From Eledone cirrhosa (Eukaryota): a stretch of DNA of 64,000 bases. The stretch spans positions 430,342,001-430,406,000 of the forward strand of contig OZ024740.1 in the NCBI GenBank assembly GCA_964016885.1, written 5' to 3'. The number at the start of each line of letters is the position of its first letter. Position 1 is the stretch's first letter. A model generated the notes under the pieces. The model worked only from the letters and a program-made list of their open reading frames with translations, was not told where the DNA came from and did no database searches. Position numbers and translations under genes: made by a program. Shown one piece after another: positions 26,200-38,692 of this stretch.

Positions 26200-28520
26200 T
26201 CATCATCATCATCATTTAACGTCCATCTTCCACGCTAGCATGGGTCTGGACGGGGGTTTTCCCACTTGAGGCAAGATTGGCTGTCTTGCTCAGGACTGTC
26301 TGGCGGGTTTTCTACAGTTGGATGCCCTTCCTAACACCAACCACATTTACAGTGTGGCCTGGGAGGTTTTTAGCGTGTTACCTACACGGCCACATTACAG
26401 CGTGGACTGTGTGTTTTTTTGTCGTGACACCTACACGACCTCATTTATTTAGGACTGGATGTTGTGGTACCAACATAACTTTACATCGAAAGGGGTGGTG
26501 TAGATGGCGGTGGGGGTAGGGTTAGTGGGACGGGGGTGTATTTTGGTTAAGAGGTGCCTACTGACTGTAGGTTTCGCTTTGTACTTAAGCAAGGCGGATC
26601 TTCTGTATTACTGTGTAGCGTCAAAGATCTCGGTCCAGTGACATTGTCTTGGAGAGGTATAAGTGTGTGAGGTTGGAATTTATCAAGTCGTCCCAGGTTT
26701 TTCTGGGTCTGCCTACTCCGTAGCTACCGTCTAGTTTGATCACCCTGCACTTTTTTATACAGCTGTCATCTTTCATGCGCATCACGTGACCATACCAATG
26801 TAGTCTTCTCTCGAGTAAACAACATCTGATCCCTCTTGTTCCTAATTTCTCCCTTAGTTCGTTTATGCTTTGCCGTTCACGTATATTACTATTACACATC
26901 CAACGGAGTATGCAAGCTTCGTTCCTCTCTAGTCTGCGTATATCCTCTGCACACAATGCCCAGGTCTCACTGCCATGCAACATCGCTGTTCGTATGCAGG
27001 CATCGTACAGCCTGCCTTTTATTTTTAGAGAGAAACCTTTAGCGGCCAATAGTGGTATAAGCTCTCTGAACTTTTTCCATCTCGTTCGGAAGGTGTCCAC
27101 TATTTCTATAGAACCATCTGTGCAATGGAATGAGCTAGTATTCTGTGGGCATTTGCTGCTACTTATTGCACCAGAGCACCGACCACATATAAAATCTATA
27201 TTCTTAGTTAGCTTACCTGTGATCCCACTACATCTTTTATGCACCCATACTTTGCATTTGGGACATAAAATGGAGTTTCTGCCTACTCCTTTCCTACACA
27301 CTGAGCATGGCCATTTCCCAGATGGGACCAGTGCCCTATTCTCCTTCCTACATATTAGGACTTTAGTCTTAGACAGGTTAATTTTAAGGCCTTTTGATTC
27401 TAGGCCATGCTTCCATGTTTGGAATTTCTTCTCTAGTTCAGCCATTGATTCGGCTATGAGCGTTAGATCATCTGTGTATAGGAGTTCCCATGGGCAGCCG
27501 GTCTTGAACACCTCCGTTATATCTTGGAGGGCGATAATAAATAGGAGGGGGCTAAGGACGGAGCCCTGATGAACACCAACTTTTACGCTAAACTCTTCAC
27601 TATATTCGTTGTTAATTCTAACCTTGCTGACTGTTTCTTTATACATGGCTTGTATAGCTCTCACAAACCATTCATCTACACCTAGTTTTCTAAGAGCCCA
27701 CCAGATAATGGAGCGGGGGTCTCTATCAAAGGCTTTATCCAGGTCTACAAAAGCTAAGTACAGGGGTTTACTTTCAGCTAGGTACTTCTCCTGTAGTTGC
27801 CGTACAATGAAAAGAGCGTCTGTGGTACTTTTACCTGACACAAATCCGAACTGCATTTCATCTAGATCAATTCGCTCTCTGATTAGTTGCGCTATTACTT
27901 TTTCTGTGACCTTCATGAGCTGGTCAATTAATTTAATGCCTCTATAGTTTCCCCTATCTAGGGCATCTCCTTTACCCTTGTAGCAGTTAATGATGCTGCT
28001 GCTACGCCAGTCCTTCGGAACGACCCCATTCTGTATAACTTGGTTTACTATCCGGGTGACCATAGTGTGTCCCACCATTCCAGATGCTTTCAGCATTTCA
28101 GCAACTATTTCCGAAGGCCCAGCCGCCTTGCCCGTCTTCATATCTTTGATTGCCTTACTTATTATACTACCTTCAACTTGCATTGCTGGTCCCTCTATTG
28201 GATCCATGTGGGGGAGACTGTCTTTCTCCCATTTCTTCTCATTTAGTAGCCTTTAGTAGTGACACTTCCAGGCTATCTTCTTATCAGCGTCAGTGATGGC
28301 AAGTACACCATCATCATTAAGGACACACTTCTCCCCGGCAATATCACAGTTCTCCTTAACACATTGTCTAGCAATCCTGAACACCTCACGTTGTAGAACA
28401 TGCTTGAACTTTCTTTCCTCTGCTTCCCTTCTTGCGAAGTACACTTGTCTCCTAGCTTCCCTCCTGGCCACTTGATAGTCTTCTCTACTTCCCCCATCCC
28501 ACCATACTTTCCAAGCCTGC
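26200..28520 (-). mobile_element. RTE-clade LINE, 5' truncated (second subfamily)
   Basis: 528-aa ORF 26621-28207 with RT motifs (QFGF, VHQGSVLSP, LYTDD); (TGA)n tail; (TA)n on both flanks. Confidence 0.95.
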
Positions 28521-28775
28521 TTTTTATATATATATATGTGTGTGTATGTATATATATATATGTGTGTGTGTGTTTATGTATGTGTGTATATATATACACA
28601 CACATACATTTCATCTTTTATTTTTCCTGCCTTCTGATAAAGGACTAGTGTCAAAAACATCAACACTATATTCCCATTATTGCAAGCATTAAACTTATTT
28701 CTTCATCTGTTGTTTGCTGTTATTTCGGTTTACTTTTTACACACACACATATATGTGCGTATGTGTGTGTGTGTA

Positions 28776-29265
28776 TCATCATCATCATCATCGTTTAACG
28801 TCTATCTTCCACGCTAGCATGGGTTAGACGGGAATTGTCCCACTTGAAGCAAGGTTGGTCGGGTGACCGTGTCTTGCTCATATAGGACTATCTGGCAGGT
28901 TTTCTACGACTGGATGCCCTTCCTAACACGAACCATATTTACAGTGTGGACTGGGAGCCTTTTTACCGTGTTACCTACAGGGCTACATTACAGCATGGAC
29001 TGTGTTTTTTTTTGTCATGACACCTACACAACCGCATTTATTTAGGACTGGATGTTGTGGTACCAACTTTACAGAGAAAGGGGTGGTGTTGGTGGGAGGA
29101 TGGAGTAGGGGTAGTGGATTGGGGGGTATATTTGTACATAGGCAAGGCGGGTCTTCTGTATTAGTGTGGCGCCAAAGATCTCGGTCCAGTGACATTGTCT
29201 TAGATAGGTGAAAGTGTGTAAGGTCGGAATTTATCAAATCGTCCCAGGTTTTTCTGGGTCTACCT
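28776..29265 (-). mobile_element. RTE 3' fragment
   Basis: Homologous to 26200-26715 including GRPRKTW and the (TGA)n tail. Confidence 0.85.
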
Positions 29266-29568
29266 ATGTATATATATACACCATCTTTAACAGTCTTTCT
29301 TTGTCTTCTACCTCTACTTCTCTCCCCATTTATTTCCACCAGTTCCTTGCACCAACTTCCATCTTTCCTCACCACACCTCATCATAAGATTAATAAATGA
29401 AACTAGAGACTAAAATATAGAAACCTTTTTTATTGTTTTAATTTTGTTTTTTAATTTTAAACACAAAGTGCACCAAAATATATTTATTTGCTTTAAATGG
29501 CACTGTGAGTAATAAGATTCTTCAAAGGACTGTATTAAATGGTAACATAACAGCCTTAATAGCTTCTT

Positions 29569-29907
29569 CTATAACTTACTTTTAGATTTACCAAAGACTT
29601 CCCTTGCTCTGTAAACAATTTTGTGAGCGTCATCAAAATGTGGGGACAAATCTTTCTTCACTCGTTGCATCCAGGAATTCACATTTTGGTTTCTTTCATA
29701 ACAAGCCTCTTCATGGACAGCATTAAGTTGCATCAATTCACAAGCCCCAAGAATATCACAGATTGATATCTTTTTCTGACCAGCTAAATAAGGTCCATCT
29801 TGGAGAAAAGTCTTGTCTAAGTGTTCAACTGTTGTTGACAATTCATTTTTAAAAAAACCCACTTTTTTCCAAGAAATTGGTTTCCCTGTCATCTGAGGTT
29901 CCAGCAA
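29569..29907 (-). CDS. GSTT1: GST theta exon 4 (terminal)
   Basis: ttgcAG|TTG, 339 bp to TAG; FLQDGPYLAG..ISICDILGACELMQ GST C-domain motif; spliced CDS 115+88+151+339=693 bp = 230 aa + stop; AATAAA on minus at 29483-29488 and 29429-29434. Confidence 0.93.
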   Translation of the reverse strand: MLEPQMTGKPISWKKVGFFKNELSTTVEHLDKTFLQDGPYLAGQKKISICDILGACELMQLNAVHEEACYERNQNVNSWMQRVKKDLSPHFDDAHKIVYRAREVFGKSKSKL

Positions 29908-30262
29908 CTGCAACACAAGGAAATTGAAATTATTTTAGGATAAATTCAAAAGTAGCACTTCTGTGTGTGTGTTTGTGTGTGTGAGTTTGAATGTATGTGT
30001 GAGTTTCAGTGTGTGTGTGTGAATATGCGTGTGTATGTGTGTGTGTGTGAGTGCGCATATGAGTGTCTGTGTTTTTTTAATGTGTGTGCATAGTACCAAC
30101 CCAGTACTAGGGTCGATTCTTCCTCTCGTTCTCTGAAAGAAATCAGCTGTGTTCCAGCCAGGAGAGGGATAGGCTCCACCAGGTTTTATAGAGTTGATAA
30201 AATAAAGTACCATACCTAATATACAGTTTTTTTTAGTTTTTTAATTATTATTCGAGGCACAT

Positions 30263-30612
30263 GGAGGCACATGGCTTAGAGGTTAGAGCATTGGCCTTGC
30301 AATCGAAAGGTTGTGAGTTCAATTCTCAGACCGGGTGATGTGTTGTTTCCTTGAGCAAGACACTTTATTTCACATTGCTCCAGTTTACTCAGCTGTAGAA
30401 ATGAGATGATAGGGACTGGGGTCCATATCATTCCACTGTAAAGTGGTCGTGGAGGTGCCACAGCAAAAAAGCACCCAGCACTCACTGTAAATGAGGTTGG
30501 TGTTAGGAAGGGCATCCAGCTGTAGAAATCAAGCCAGAATCAGTTCCCGTCCCACCCTTGCAAGCAGGGAAAAAGCGGATGTAAAATGAAATGATGATGA
30601 TGATGATGATGA
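30263..30612 (+). mobile_element. tRNA-derived SINE with RTE-derived tail, in GST intron 3
   Basis: Head GGAGGCACATGGCTTAGAGG, B-box GAGTTCAATTC, ccttgagcaagacac core, 3' part matches RTE 3' UTR, (TGA)n tail; sister copy at 59200-59545. Confidence 0.85.
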
Positions 30613-31051
30613 TTCGAATCAATCAACAAGTTCCCTGACCTTACTCACTTGCTGAGTGGGCTGGAATTTGTCAGATTGAACCAAGGAAACAATGTTCCCA
30701 TTGGTCTTTCCATTTCTGATATACTATCTACCAGTCACAACTCCAGGCAGAACATATACATATATATATATTACATTCAAGGTTATAGATGTCATGTTTG
30801 AGATAATCTTGAATAAGCGTCTTGTCTCCCAAAATAAGCTCAAAGAAAACTTCAAAGAATAAATCCGAGCATTTAATCATTATAAATTTTATCAGGTATC
30901 TATATTTTAATATGATACTGTAATGAACCATGTGTTCTTATATTCTATACAGATTGTCTCGTGTTCAAGTTTCATATGTTGTATTATACATTTATATCAT
31001 TTGATATATATGCATGTATATATGTCTATTTTGTAATGATATATATATATA

Positions 31052-31358
31052 CCATGGGTGCAAGCCGAAGCTGAAGCATATAGACAATATGCCCCCACAC
31101 CGTCCCACTGCAAAGTGGTCGTGGAGGTGCCACGGCAAAAAAGCACCCAGCCCACACTGTAAAGTGGACGTGTAGGCGCCACGGAAATAAGCACCCAGCA
31201 CTCACTGTAAATGAGGTTGGTGTTAAGAAGGGCATCCAGCTGTAGAAATCAAGCCAGGCAAGACAAGGTCAGGCGACTGGACACTGCCCACAACAGGAAA
31301 CTCGTCTAACCCATGCCAGCGTGGAAGAACGGACGTAAAATGGTGATGATGATGATGT
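31052..31358 (+). mobile_element. RTE 3' UTR fragment
   Basis: Reverse complement of about 4070-4473; (TA)n on both flanks. Confidence 0.85.
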
Positions 31359-31596
31359 TAATATATATATATATTCTTTCTTTTAACAATTGACAAATTC
31401 CCAGACCTCATTCTCTAACTGAGTGAGGTGGAACTCATCAAAATTAAACTAAGGAAATAATGTTTCCATTAGTCTTTCCATTGTTGATACTATCTACCAG
31501 TCACAACTCCTGACAGAGGTGTACTAATATCAAAATGTAACATTTGAAAAAAGATTTTTTTAAATGTTATATTTTAAATAAAGTAAAATATCATAC

Positions 31597-31747
31597 CATA
31601 CTGCGAAAGATCATAGCAGCGTTGAGACGTGTATTAAAATGTTGCCAGTTAAGATATTCATCAACACGGATCTGAGACAAGAAGTCTTTGGGATACCAGT
31701 GGTCAGCTAAGTTATTTTTGATAGAAAGGTATTTTAAAATGGCCACA
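31597..31747 (-). CDS. GSTT1: GST theta exon 3
   Basis: tgtAG|T...ATG|GTatga, 151 bp; VAILKYL...DHWYPKD...RVDEYLNWQH theta signature. Confidence 0.95.
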
Positions 31748-32705
31748 CTACAAAAGAAATTGTTAAAATTATTCAAAAACAATTATTTTCAATGTTTTAT
31801 AATCAATATTAAGCTTTTATAGAAAGGTGTGGATTTTAGGTTTAATATCACAGTGTGAGACAATAGGATAGGATTTCTATCCTGGCCTTGAGATGACTAA
31901 TCCTTTGAATGAAATTTAGTAGATGGAAACTGCAGAAGCATGTTGTATATATATGTACATATGAATGAGTGTATATGTATACATGTCTCTCTCTATATAT
32001 ATATAGGTACACAAGAGATGTAGTGGGATCTCTGGAAGTTTAGCTAAGAATGTAGGCTTTACATGTAGCGGTGGCACCGGGACAGTAAACAGCAAATGAG
32101 CACAGGAAACAAGCACTATCAAATGTATATTATCATCATCATTAAACATCTGCTTTTCCTGCTAGTAAAGTTTGGGCTATATATATATATTATAAAGAGT
32201 CAGAATCGTACAGCTGAGCTCTTGTCGTTTCAACAGCTAGTTCCAGACTAGATTTATATAGAGCTCAGGCCATCATAACTGATAGTCCTCAGTGAAATAT
32301 GTATAACAGAGTTTTAAATAAACCTGAATCAACTGATTAAGGCCTCCAATCTTTTAATCTTTCTCTAGCAACAATAACTTAACTCTTCATCCTAGCTATA
32401 CTTTACAAAGCAATAATCTCTACTGTGGTCAACTCACTTAGATACAACATAATACAAGAATATTAAGTCATTCGTAGTTTTGGAAAAATAATCTTTTTTG
32501 CAACATGCTAAAAAACGTTAGTCCTTCTCAAGTGTAGCCCAGTTAAGTGAGAATACAAGACATTAACTCATTGCAAGGATAAACAGCTGCTACCACTGCT
32601 GGTAACCATTTCTGCTAACCATGGAGCAACATGAAATGAAGTGCCTTGCTTAAAGGCATAATGTGTTGCCTGATGTAAGGATTGAACCTACAACCTCATG
32701 AGAGT

Positions 32706-34695
32706 CAGACTAACGACCTAACCCTTGGTTGTGTGACTTACCTAACAATATGACAGATTAACGACCTAACCCTTGGTTGTGTGACTTACCTAACAATATG
32801 ACAGACTAACGACCTAACCCTTGGTTGTGTGACTTCCCTAACAATATGACAGACTAACGACCTAACCCTTGGTTGTGTGACTTCCCTAACAATATGTCAG
32901 ACTAACGACCTAACCCTTGGTTGTGTGACTTCCCTAACAATATGACAGATTAACGACCTAACCTTTGGTTGTGTGACTTCCCTAACAATGACAATCAGAC
33001 TAACGACCTAACCCGTGGTTGTGTGACTTCCCTAACAATATGACAGACTAACGACCTAACCCTTGGTTGTGTGACTTCCCTAACAATATGACAGACTAAC
33101 GACCTAACCCTTGGTTGTGTGACTTCCCTAACAATATGACAGACTAACGACCTAACCCTTGGTTGTGTGACTTCCCTAACAATATGACAGACTAACGACC
33201 TAACCCTTGGTTGTGTGACTTCCCTAACAATATGACAGTTAGACTAATGACCTAACCCATAGTTGTGTGATTTCTCTAACAACATGACAGACTTATGACC
33301 TAACCCTTGGTTGTGTGACTTCCCTAACAATATGTCAGACTAATGACCTAACCCTTGGTTGTGTGACTTCCCTAACAATATGACAGATTAACGACCTAAC
33401 CTTTGGTTGTGTGACTTCCCTAACAATGACAATCAGACTAACGACCTAACCCGTGGTTGTGTGACTTCCCTAACAATATGACAGACTAACGACCTAACCC
33501 TTGGTTGTGTGACTTCCCTAATATGACAGACTAACGACCTAACCCTTGGTTGTGTGACTTCCCTAACAATATGACAGACTAACGACCTAGCCCTTGGTTG
33601 TGTGACTTCCCTAACAATATGACAGTTAGACTAATGTCCTAACCCATGGTTGTGTGACTTCTCTAACAACATGACAGACTTATGACCTAACCCTTGGTTG
33701 TGTGACTTCCCTAACAATATGTCAGACTAACGACCTAACCCTTGGTTGTGTGACTTCCCTAACAATATGACAGATTAACGACCTAACCTTTGGTTGTGTG
33801 ACTTCCCTAACAATGACAATCAGACTAACGACCTAACCCGTGGTTGTGTGACTTCCCTAACAATGACAATCAGACTAACGACCTAACCCTTGGTTGTGTG
33901 ACTTCCCTAACAATATGACAGACTAACGACCTAACCCTTGGTTGTGTGACTTCCCTAACAATATGACAGACTAACGACCTAACCCTTGGTTGTGTGACTT
34001 CCCTAACAATATGACAGACTAACGACCTAGCCCTTGGTTGTGTGACTTCCCTAACAATATGACAGTTAGACTAATGTCCTAACCCATGGTTGTCTGACTT
34101 CTCTAACATGACAGACTTATGACCTAACCCTTGGTTGTGTGACTTCCCTAACAATATGACAGTTAGACTAATGTCCTAACCCATGGTTGTGTGACTTCTC
34201 TAACAACATGACAGACTTATGACCTAACCCTTGGTTGTGTGACTTCCCTAACAATATGTCAGACTAACGACCTAACCCTTGGTTGTGTGACTTCCCTAAC
34301 AATATGACAGATTAACGACCTAACTTTTGGTTGTGTGACTTCCCTAACAACATGACAGATTAATGACCTAACCCTTGGTTGTGTGACTTCCCTAACAATA
34401 TGGCAATCAGACTAACGACCTAACCCTTGGTTGTGTGACTTCCCTAACAAAATGACAGACTAACGACCTAACCCTTGGTTGTGTGACTTCCCTAACAATA
34501 TGACAGACTAACGACCTAGCCCTTGGTTGTGTGACTTCCCTAACAATATGACAGTTAGACTAATTACCTAACCCTTGGTTGTGTGACTTCTCTAACATGA
34601 CAGACTTATGACCTAACCTTTGGTTGTGTGACTTCCCTAACAATATGACAGTCTAACGACCTAACCCTTGGTTGTGTGACTTCCCTAACAATATG
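32706..34695. repeat. 48-bp minisatellite, about 41 copies, in GST intron 2
   Basis: Unit GACTAACGACCTAACCCTTGGTTGTGTGACTTCCCTAACAATATGACA with +4/+2 variants recurring in blocks. Confidence 0.97.
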
Positions 34696-34728
34696 AGTGT
34701 TAAACAAAAATCAATAATGCATAGACAC

Positions 34729-34816
34729 CTTTCTCGGAGAACAAACCCATCATCATCAATTACGGGAACTTTCTGGAAACAATTCACTTTGGTAAATTCT
34801 TCAGTTTTATGTTCAA
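34729..34816 (-). CDS. GSTT1: GST theta exon 2
   Basis: ctAG|TT...AG|GTgtct, 88 bp, phases compatible; (L)EHKTEEFTKVNCFQKVPVIDDDGFVLRE(S) with KVP and ES glutathione-binding motifs. Confidence 0.93.
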
Positions 34817-35794
34817 CTAGAATTAATGAAATACATAGATTGACATTATCAACTATTGAACAAATATTTATAATTTCTACAATTTAAAAAAAAAAAAAAA
34901 AAACTTTTTTTTAAAAGATATTTTCTCTAAAATTTAAATTATATTCTCATCAAAATTTAAATTCATAATAAATCTAGAGAAAACATTTGCAGAAATACAT
35001 CCTCAGGTAGCATGGGAACAGTAGAGTTTATTAATTCTTTAAGTCTGTAACACCTGATGGAATCGTGGAGATAGTGTTGTGTGAAACATGTGTTGGACAT
35101 TTAGAGCTGGTAGAAGCCATCCTCTGTAGATTTGGCCTCAGTTAATTTCTTCTATGTAAAAAGGAGGAAGAAGGAATCAACTTCAATACTGGACTGATGG
35201 TTTATTTATCAACAAGGAGGGAAGAAAGAATTGACTTTAACAGAGACAGAACTAACACCACAAGGTATTCTATCTGATACCTTGACAAACATGAGCAGAG
35301 TATTTCCAGAGGGTTAGTAAATGGGATATGTGAATTAGTACAGAATGGAGGGGGACAAATGTTCCTTGATTTCATTTTTACTTGTGGTAAATTCCTTGGA
35401 GGGGGATTTTCACTCTTAATAAATTTCAGTTTTTTTTCTTTTGTTTTGTTTTTAATTTCATGGGTAAACTTCAAGAATATGGAAGGGAGAGGGACAAATT
35501 AAAAAGTTTTAGGAAAATATTAGTCATGAAAATTGTTCTACCATGGGTTGTAGTAGTAGTAGTTTGTGGGCCACATGAAGCCTATGGGCTACATGTGGCC
35601 CATGGGTCATGTGTTTGAAATGCCTGAGAGGTTGCAGCCAAACTAGAATAATTTATCATTAAGGGATTAAAATGTACCTCAACTTGTCACTTAACTGGCT
35701 AGAAATAATAGTCATATCCCTCCTACCATTTTAAAAATAGGGAAAACACATTGGAAAATGAATCATTGGTACCCTTAAAAAGACAGAATGGTTA

Positions 35795-36080
35795 TCATCA
35801 TCATCGTTTAACGTCCATCCTCCACGCTAGCATGGGTTTGGACGGGATATTTCCCACTTGAGGCAAGAATGGTTGTCTTGCTCATATAGGACTGTCTGGC
35901 GGGTTTTCTACGGCTGGATGCCCTTCCTAACACCAACCACGTTTACAGTGTGGACTGGGAGGTTTTTACCGTGTTACCTACACGGCCAAATTACAGCGTG
36001 GACTGTGTTTTTTTTGTCGTGACACCTATACGACCTCATTTGTTTCGGACTGGATGTTATGGTACCAACATAACTTTACA
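35795..36080 (-). mobile_element. RTE 3' UTR fragment
   Basis: Match to 26200-26485. Confidence 0.85.
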
Positions 36081-36751
36081 TAACTTTATAGCTGGAATAT
36101 CTTTGATTATAGCTGGTAATAGGCCCAGACCTGTGGTGTATCTAGTGGGAGGACAAGGGCTGCTCCCTCTAACAAGTTTTTCAAAATCTGCCTTTTCAAC
36201 AGGTTTTTAAATCACTTGGGCATTAAAAGACAAATCTCATCATTTTTTATATATTTTTTTTTTAACACAGCCCTAAGGTTGCTGAAGATGATACATTAGT
36301 AGAACAACATTTATTACTAAATGATCCAAATACAACATATCTCAGGCCTGACATACAAACGACCTGATACAGGTGTTATCAGTCAAGGTTTTATCAAAGA
36401 TAACAGCTGAAATCAGGTTAACTAAATAGTTTGCAATCACTGTTCACTACTTTGGACATCAGCAAAATTAATCAATGTTCTTTATTGTTGCAATATTTAA
36501 CAGTATACGGTGATGTAGTGGACTGATTTATACAATTCAGGGGATTACCTGGAGTAAGGGCTAAAGATGTCTTCTAGTGATCAAACACTTAGAGTTGTCA
36601 TTAACTGTTTTTAGGAGGGGTTTTATGAGTCAAATACAATTTTATTTTACAAAGCTTTTTAGACAAAAACAAAATACACTATTAAAGGAAATGAAAAGAA
36701 GAAAAGGTAAAAGGAATTAAGCAACAAAAGAAAAGAAGGGGGGCGGGGGGC

Positions 36752-36898
36752 AGACACTACACCCCAGTCTGTGTGGTGCCTCAGTTACACCTCCCCAGAC
36801 AGACACTACACCCCAGTCTGAATGGTGCCTCAGTCATACCTCCCCAGACAGACACTACACCTCAGTCTGAGTGGTGCCTCAGCCCTGCCCCTCAGACA
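36752..36898. repeat. About 49-bp tandem repeat, 3 copies
   Basis: CAGACACTACACCCCAGTCTG..TGGTGCCTCAG...CCTCCCCAGA. Confidence 0.75.
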
Positions 36899-37950
36899 AT
36901 CTTATGATGGAGCATCATTTCAAGTGAGATATTTGGTCTCCAAACTTTAAATGTTTACATTCTTTACACATTGTAGTGCAGATAATATAAACATGGTGCA
37001 CTAAACTTCACTAATCAAACCAAGTTGTGTTGCAGTTGCAGTTGCTCCCTACGTACTAAAGGAAGGCTGTATGGCGCCTGTGTGTGGTGCATGATGCTGC
37101 ATGGTAGTGAAACATGGGCTGTGATTGCGGAGGACATGAGTAGACTGGAGAGAAATCTCGTTAGATGTAAATGTAAGAGAAATGGGCACTACAACGGAAT
37201 TGGCTGTCAGAAGTGAAAGTAGAAGGATCTGACGTCATTGCGACGTCACTCGTCAACCTTCTCTTTCGTCAACCTTCGTTTATTTCCGTATCACCACGTG
37301 TTTTTAATATGTTTATTTACGTTTAGCATTAACGCTTCGAATATTTCAATTGCCTGTTATTTCTAGCAACTGTAATTTTATTTTTTAAAGTAGAAGAATG
37401 TAATTTTCGAGAGTTATGATACAATTAAAACAAAACGATAATATACAATCTTATTTAACACACTAGCTGTTACGATTTTAATTACCCAAGGAAATAACAA
37501 TAAAGCATTTCGATGTGAGTAGGCGGCCCTTAAAAGGGCCGGTGTTGTGAAATTTTTATTATCTTCATATACATTCTTAGTTTCTTTCTTTAGAAACTTT
37601 ATATAGATTCTTTATATAAATTCAACATCCGTAGTTTAATAATTGTGGGTATGGTGTGGCGTGCGGTGGCCGGGGGAGGGGGGGGGGGAGTGCTCGACCG
37701 GAAGGGGTCTTTGACCGGAAGGGCCAGGAGAGGGCCTCTCTCTAGTGGTGACCAGCATACGGTGAGGACGCGTTTTGGGCAGCTCCCGGTTTTAAGCAGT
37801 CGGACGCACGTGGAAGAGGAGTACCTGCAGTGGAATTTAGCGGCGCCTGTGAAAAGCGGTAAGTGAGATAGCTTTTTCTAACCACAAGCTATTTCGGCGA
37901 CTGAAAAAAAAAAAAAAAAAGAAAACACTTGCCACAAAACAAATCAGAAG

Positions 37951-38682
37951 ATGGCGACAAGACTACGGATGAACGAAGCTATCAGGCCATTCACCGGGGA
38001 AGGTGATGTTGTCGCTTGGCTGCGGAAGGTTCGGCTGGTCGCGGGCTTGCAGAAGATAGAAGACGTGGCCGGTCTCATTGCATTGTACCTCGAGGGCGAC
38101 GCGTTGGTACTCTTCCTTGAGTTGGACGAGCACAGCCAAAGAGATGTGCAGAAGATTGAGAGGCGTCTGATGGATGCATTCGCCGAGGGACCGTTGGCGG
38201 CTTTTGCTAAGCTGGCGAGAATCAGGTGGAATGGTGAGCGCTTCGACATTTTCGCAGCGGAAATAAGGCGGTTGGCTATGTTGGCGGGCTACCAGGCAGA
38301 ATGCGAACGCACGGTGCTGTTGGCATTCATCAATGGATTTCCGGACGACATAGCGGTGAAACTGCAGCAAGTCCCGGGGTACAAGGAGATGGAAATGCGT
38401 TCACTGGTGGAACAAGCCCGGATCATAGCAGAAGATGCCAAAAAGAGTGTCGCGGCGATAGCGACTACGGAGGCTCAGGACACCTGGCAGCGAAATGGTC
38501 AAAGGGAGGCAACCTCGGCACGCGGCCGTTCGCGAGAGTTTAAGGGCCGCTGTTTTAGGTGTCAGGGCCCTCATATGGCTAGAGACTGTAGAGAGTCGAA
38601 GCCGGATATAATCTGCTACCGGTGTAAGCGACCAGGGAAACGGTCCAAGGGGAACTACTGCGCCGGTAGTTGCCCCTTATGA
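37951..38682 (+). CDS. gag: Gypsy gag
   Basis: 243 aa; zinc knuckle CFRCQGPHMARDC; second knuckle CYRC incomplete. Confidence 0.85.
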   Translation: MATRLRMNEAIRPFTGEGDVVAWLRKVRLVAGLQKIEDVAGLIALYLEGDALVLFLELDEHSQRDVQKIERRLMDAFAEGPLAAFAKLARIRWNGERFDIFAAEIRRLAMLAGYQAECERTVLLAFINGFPDDIAVKLQQVPGYKEMEMRSLVEQARIIAEDAKKSVAAIATTEAQDTWQRNGQREATSARGRSREFKGRCFRCQGPHMARDCRESKPDIICYRCKRPGKRSKGNYCAGSCPL

Positions 38683-38692
38683 GTAGCGGCGC
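38635..38692 (+). promoter_or_regulatory. -1 ribosomal frameshift signal (slippery heptamer plus H-type pseudoknot)
   Basis: G GGA AAC at 38635-38641, 7-nt spacer, stem GGGGAACTAC/GTAGTTGCCCC, loop GCGCCG complementary to CGGCGC at 38687-38692. Confidence 0.75.

Noticed and set aside
32205-32295. Minus-strand hammerhead (CTGAGGA...GAAAC)
   Set aside because: Stem II and the cleavage triplet do not form convincingly; at most a decayed relic.
32706-34695. Interstitial telomere
   Set aside because: CCCTAA and CTAACCC occur only as isolated motifs within a 48-bp unit, never as tandem hexamers.
35560-35630. hAT/Charlie-like terminal remnant
   Set aside because: Only one degenerate end is visible, with no matching TIR or TSD.
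38680-38682. Programmed stop-codon readthrough between gag and pol
   Set aside because: The slippery site, pseudoknot and broken zinc knuckle are better explained by a mutated -1 frameshift junction; not excluded without a consensus.
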